DNA of 64,000 nucleotides, taken from positions 86,058,001 through 86,122,000 of the forward strand of contig NC_086108.1 in assembly GCF_963921235.1 (NCBI RefSeq). The letters run 5' to 3'. A program made the translations under genes and the position numbers. The DNA comes from Mobula hypostoma (taxonomy: Eukaryota). This document shows, piece by piece, positions 63,135 through 64,000 of the stretch. The notes below the pieces were generated by a model. It was not told where the DNA came from, did no database searches, and was given only the letters and a program-made list of their open reading frames with translations. Position 1 is the first letter of the stretch. Every line of letters begins with the position of its first letter.

Positions 63135-64000
63135 TAGTTATAGAGTCAGCACTACAACACAAAAATGGGCCCTTCCACTCATTAGTCCATGCTAAACCAT
63201 TAATCCGCCTAGTCCCATTGACCTGCACCCAGATCATAGCTCTCCATCCCCTTCCCTTCCATGTACGATCCAAATTTCTCTTAAATGTTGAAATCAAACC
63301 TGCATCCAACACTTGTGCTGACAGCTCATTCCACACTCTCACAACCCTTTGAGTGAAGAAGTGCTCCCTCATGTTCCCTTAAATATCTCACCTTTCACCC
63401 TTAACCCTTGACCACTAACTGTAGTTTCACCCAACCTCAGTGGAAAAAGCCTGCTTGCATTTACTCTATCGATACCCCTGATAATTGTGTATACCGCTAT
63501 CAAATCTCCCCTCATTCTTCTATGATCTAGGGAATAAAGTCCTAACTTATTTAACCTTTCCTTATAACTCAGATCCTCATGTCCTGACAACATCCTGGTA
63601 AATTTTCTCTGCACTTTTTCAATGTTATTAATATCTTTCCTGTAGGTAGTTGACCAAAACTACACACAATTCTCCAAATTATGCCTCACCAATATCTTAT
63701 ACAATTTCAACATAACATCCCAACCCCTGTGCTCAATACATTGATTTATGAAGGCCAAAGTGCCAAAAGCTTTCTTTATGACCTTATCTACCTGTGACGC
63801 CTTTCAAGGAATTATGGATCTGTATTCCCCAATTCCTCTATTCTACCGCACTCATCAGTGCCCTTCCGTTCACCTTGTAAGACCTACCCTGGTTGGTCCT
63901 TCAAAAGCGCAACATTTCATACTTGTCTGCATTAAATCCAATCTGCCCATTTCACCAGCAGATCCAGATCTCACTGAAAGCTTTAATAGTCTTCCTCACA
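63135..64000 (-). mobile_element. CR1 3' fragment running off the window end
   Basis: QRKFTRMLSGHEDLSYKERLNKLGLYSL...RMRGDLI and HFFTQRVVRVWNEL. Confidence 0.92.

Overview
This is eukaryotic, gene-poor, retrotransposon-dense vertebrate DNA. The repeat mix (abundant CR1 LINEs, an HE1-like V-SINE, Rex1/Babar LINEs, Neptune-type Penelope elements, no Alu or L1) suggests a cartilaginous fish, probably a ray or skate (inference). I could not identify an intact host gene. Nearly all ORFs in the track are broken retroelement pieces or antisense noise, so the window is probably intronic or intergenic. Main contents: several near-full-length decayed CR1 LINEs; many Rex1/Babar fragments and internally deleted derivatives; two decayed Gypsy LTR elements, one a chromovirus; two bipartite RTE-like non-autonomous elements; two tRNA-derived SINEs; a 36-bp minisatellite; and a young, TSD-bounded Penelope-like element (RT plus GIY-YIG, 49786-53104) with about a dozen 3' fragments. 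The best hidden signal is a minimal type I hammerhead ribozyme motif (helix I-CUGANGA-stem II-GAAA-CGUC-helix I) about 100 nt from the 3' end of the Penelope copies. Its core is intact in the young element. It also appears as a tandem pair and as a 128-bp TSD-flanked ribozyme-plus-tail insertion. Hammerheads in Penelope-like elements are a known phenomenon, so only this family's variant could be new. Boundaries were read by eye and are approximate unless a TSD is quoted.
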